A stretch of DNA of 64,000 bases from an uncultured Methanosarcinales archaeon (GTDB taxonomy: Archaea; Nanobdellota; Nanobdellia; Woesearchaeales; UBA11576), in assembly GCA_964406185.1 (NCBI GenBank), contig CAYOQS010000003.1, positions 114,459 through 178,458 on the forward strand, read 5' to 3'. The notes beneath the pieces are model-generated. The model saw nothing but the letters and a program-made list of their open reading frames with translations, did not search any database and was not told where the DNA came from. The position numbers and the translations under genes were made by a program. Positions 61,330-64,000 of the stretch are shown here, piece after piece. Every line of letters begins with the position of its first letter. The first letter of the stretch is position 1.

Positions 61330-62850
61330 TCACTTACCTGACTTTGACCTGGCATCCTTTATCACCTGGTCGACCACGTCCTTTGGCCAGCCCTTCTCGA
61401 GCAATGCACGCCGGACCTGGGACTCCCTGAAGCCCAGGCTGTAAGCATGGAATATATACTTCTCCAGCTCCAGCTCCTTTGCGTGTGACAGCGTGATATG
61501 TGGTCTCTGCTTGGCAACCTCATCTGCAACATCCTTTACCTGACCGGGAGCGCTCTCCGGCACAGCGGTTTTTGTAGGAGCAGGTTTGGAAGCCTGTTTG
61601 GAAGAAGTTTCGGGTAAACCAGTAGGCTCCAAACCTGTCCTAGTTACAGTAGGGGGTTTTTCCAAGCGATGAAGCCTCGTCCTGTAAAGGACGACACCTC
61701 CCACGAGGAATATGACAAAAACTACAGCGAATATTATGGTCCACAGGTTGATAGGGGATTCGGGCACCTGCACCTCCTCAGGCCGGGTCTGTGAAGGTTC
61801 GGGAGCCGTCTCCGGAGCGGGCCTTGGCGTGAAAGTTGCAGGAGGCTGCTGCACCCCACCCCCGCCCGGCTGTGCAGGCTGCTCCCTCGGCCTTGGAGGA
61901 AGCAGAGGGATCGAGAGGCCCGGACGCTCATACGTCTTGAAAGTAAGCATCACAAACTCATTAGACACGTGCATGGACACCTCCACATCCCTTGCGAAGA
62001 AAGACGTCAGGCCCATGGTCTTGGTCTCGCCGAAGCTTAACTCAAAAGGCAGATAAGACTGGAGGTTCTTGAGCTCCACCTCCATAGGCTTGGCCTTCAC
62101 GACACGGAAATGATAGTCAGTACCCTTGTACTGAACCACAAGCTCATCACCATCATAAACCTGCACAGACTCGCCTTTTGCAGTAGGGGTCACATAGATA
62201 ATCTTCGGACCTCCGGCTCCGCCGCCACCGCCGCCACCGCCAGTGCCGCCCCTCCCGCCGCCTGGCGGAGTGTATGTATCCTCAGCAAGGAAGAACGAAG
62301 AGAAGTTCCTCGTAGACGCAGAGGCCACATCTCCGCTGTCGCTGGTGGACAGTGCTGCGCATGTCGACATGTCTGCCGCGCCCGTGCTGAAATCATACTC
62401 ACACTTGAGTATGACCGGCTTTGTTATGCCTGATATTGTGGAATAATCAAACGCTACAGTATAGGTCCTGTCGATAAGCTGCGCAATATCAAAAGCGTAA
62501 GCGTACTTCACACGATACCTGCCGGAGCTGACACCTATATCCCCTGAGTATGACTGGGATGCGGTGTCTACCAGCTCTGCAGTGATGTTCAGCTCAGGAT
62601 ACCCGCTCGAAGTCGCGTTTATACCGGAAATACCTATCCTGAACCTGCTGTCATTATTGTAAAGGTCAAGGTTCCACGTCGTATTAGGCAGGGTCACGTT
62701 CTCCTGGTCAGGGATGGGCAAGGTGTCTGTAGCAAGATCGTCGCCGTTCCTGGTATATACATAAGTTATGTTGTCAGCAGCGGCGAATGAAGCCATAGCC
62801 GCAGCTAGGAAGACAAATGCAAGCATAGCTGTCATGTTTTTCATGTTCAT
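61330..62850 (-). CDS. type I membrane surface protein with poly-Gly hinge and cytoplasmic helical (UBA/SHOCT-like) tail
   Basis: Signal peptide, N-glycosylation-rich ectodomain, PPGGGRGGTGGGGGGGGAGGP, TM WTIIFAVVFVIFLVGGVVLY, tail SLGFRESQVRRALLEKGWPKDVVDQVIKDA. Confidence 0.6.
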   Translation of the reverse strand: MNMKNMTAMLAFVFLAAAMASFAAADNITYVYTRNGDDLATDTLPIPDQENVTLPNTTWNLDLYNNDSRFRIGISGINATSSGYPELNITAELVDTASQSYSGDIGVSSGRYRVKYAYAFDIAQLIDRTYTVAFDYSTISGITKPVILKCEYDFSTGAADMSTCAALSTSDSGDVASASTRNFSSFFLAEDTYTPPGGGRGGTGGGGGGGGAGGPKIIYVTPTAKGESVQVYDGDELVVQYKGTDYHFRVVKAKPMEVELKNLQSYLPFELSFGETKTMGLTSFFARDVEVSMHVSNEFVMLTFKTYERPGLSIPLLPPRPREQPAQPGGGGVQQPPATFTPRPAPETAPEPSQTRPEEVQVPESPINLWTIIFAVVFVIFLVGGVVLYRTRLHRLEKPPTVTRTGLEPTGLPETSSKQASKPAPTKTAVPESAPGQVKDVADEVAKQRPHITLSHAKELELEKYIFHAYSLGFRESQVRRALLEKGWPKDVVDQVIKDARSKSGK

Positions 62851-64000
62851 TTTACGTTAAGAGTCTGGTTTATAGCTGTGAAAACCTCAAATATGTTGAC
62901 TGAAGACAACGGCCCCAGAGTCATGGCGCCGTTATCAAGGTCGAGTACGGTCAGAGTGTACTGCCCAATCTCACTCGTGTCCACAGGCTGCAGGCCGTTA
63001 AGATATGCAACTTTGTTGTTCTCATCTATCGTCGGCGTGAAGTTGCCCTCGTCAAACTGCTGAGGAGATCCTGATGGAGCGGTGATGTTGAGCAATACGT
63101 CGCTCAGGGTCTGGTTCGAAGCCACCTCAAGTGTCAGGTTCACATCCTGACCCACATAAGCCCATGACGGGCTTGCCCTGATGCTGATGAATTCAAGGGC
63201 GTAAACGCGCGGCTCGAACAAGGTATAAGTCTCGTTCTGGTTCATTATGGAGTCCGTGCACACGATGCTCATATTGTAAGTCCTGTTGTATTCCAAGCCG
63301 GAATACCCGACGATATGCGCCGTGGTGTGAGTAGTGCCTGAAGTCACAGGAGTTCCAGTACCGTCTATGACAAAACTGCAGTCAGCAGGCTCATGGGTAC
63401 TGATGTTGGCAGTGAAAGAGTTGCCCACAACTATGCGTGTCGGAGAGTGAATCGTCAGCTGAGGAGGCAGGTTGTCTATGCTGAAATTTCCGTGCTCTCT
63501 GGATTTCGTGTACTCGCTGTCAGACGCGTTGAGCCTGAGAGTGGTGTTCGCCGCCTCTGTTACGAAATCACTTGAATTCCAGTCATAGGAGGTATCGTTG
63601 AAAATGGAATCGTTTATCACATTCCAGGACGCACCACCATCCTCCGTGTACTCAAGGCTGAACCAGAGTGTCCCGTTGTCCACGTCATAAGCAGACCAGG
63701 TGATGAGTATCATACCCTTATTGTCAGTGCCTATCAACGGAGTCAGGACTGACGGCTCCTCAGGCGCGTCATTTACAGGAGTGACGTTCACGATCGCATC
63801 CCTCTCCACAGTGAAGGTGCCGTCGGTCAGCCTGAAAGTTATGTTATAAACACCATAAGCATCCCCTACAAGAGTGAAGTTGAACTCCCCCGTGGCAAGG
63901 TCGAAACTGCCTGATGAGAGGTTGAAGACGGATGAGTCGAAGACAGGCATAAGCCAGTCTATGCTGTCGCCATCCACATCATAAGCATTGCCTGACAGAG
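62847..64000 (-). CDS. large surface/adhesin-like protein with Ig/cadherin-like repeats (5' end outside the window)
   Basis: Frame stays open upstream of the track start (..LSGNAYDVDGDSIDW). PVNDAPE motif, many NxT/S sequons. 4-nt overlap with the downstream surface-protein gene. Confidence 0.6.
   Translation of the reverse strand, partial: LSGNAYDVDGDSIDWLMPVFDSSVFNLSSGSFDLATGEFNFTLVGDAYGVYNITFRLTDGTFTVERDAIVNVTPVNDAPEEPSVLTPLIGTDNKGMILITWSAYDVDNGTLWFSLEYTEDGGASWNVINDSIFNDTSYDWNSSDFVTEAANTTLRLNASDSEYTKSREHGNFSIDNLPPQLTIHSPTRIVVGNSFTANISTHEPADCSFVIDGTGTPVTSGTTHTTAHIVGYSGLEYNRTYNMSIVCTDSIMNQNETYTLFEPRVYALEFISIRASPSWAYVGQDVNLTLEVASNQTLSDVLLNITAPSGSPQQFDEGNFTPTIDENNKVAYLNGLQPVDTSEIGQYTLTVLDLDNGAMTLGPLSSVNIFEVFTAINQTLNVK

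Overview
Archaeal chromosome segment, densely coded (about 75 protein genes). G+C is about 50% except for a low-GC block at 1-5.7 kb. Archaeal identity rests on the S13-S4-S11-RpoD-[tRNA-Leu]-L18e-L13-S9-RpoN cluster, Hjc, FEN-1, EndA, RNase J/Z, ABCE1, NAC, Sec61-beta, a presenilin-type protease and archaeal-type TrpRS/LeuRS. TATA boxes are centred about 26-27 nt upstream of many ATGs, indicating leaderless mRNAs. Lys-rich protein tails, an unlinked 5S rRNA and GyrA suggest a small-genome, possibly DPANN-like lineage (inference only). RNA genes found by eye: 5S rRNA, SRP RNA, RNase P RNA, tRNA-His (2 introns), tRNA-Leu(GAG) (3 introns), tRNA-Leu(CAA) (4 inserted blocks), one aberrant tRNA-like locus and one candidate small RNA. 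Best leads for something undescribed: (1) a RelA/SpoT-fold nucleotidyltransferase with small upstream ORFs and two degenerate HIT-fold neighbours at 18.0-20.8 kb, plus a second HIT pair at 59 kb; (2) extreme multi-intron tRNAs versus a single short EndA; (3) a 940-bp ORF-free region at 24.7-25.7 kb with two repeat families around an AT-rich core, next to a coiled-coil/wHTH gene; (4) a conserved ~150-nt intergenic element present twice (13.95 and 53.19 kb); (5) a tandem trio of paralogous coiled-coil proteins at 40.5-42.3 kb; (6) a divergently encoded K+ channel pore and stand-alone voltage-sensor-like protein at 53.3-55.1 kb. No CRISPR array, transposase, integrase or recognisable defence gene was seen. 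All calls come from manual reading of the sequence and ORF track; no searches were run.
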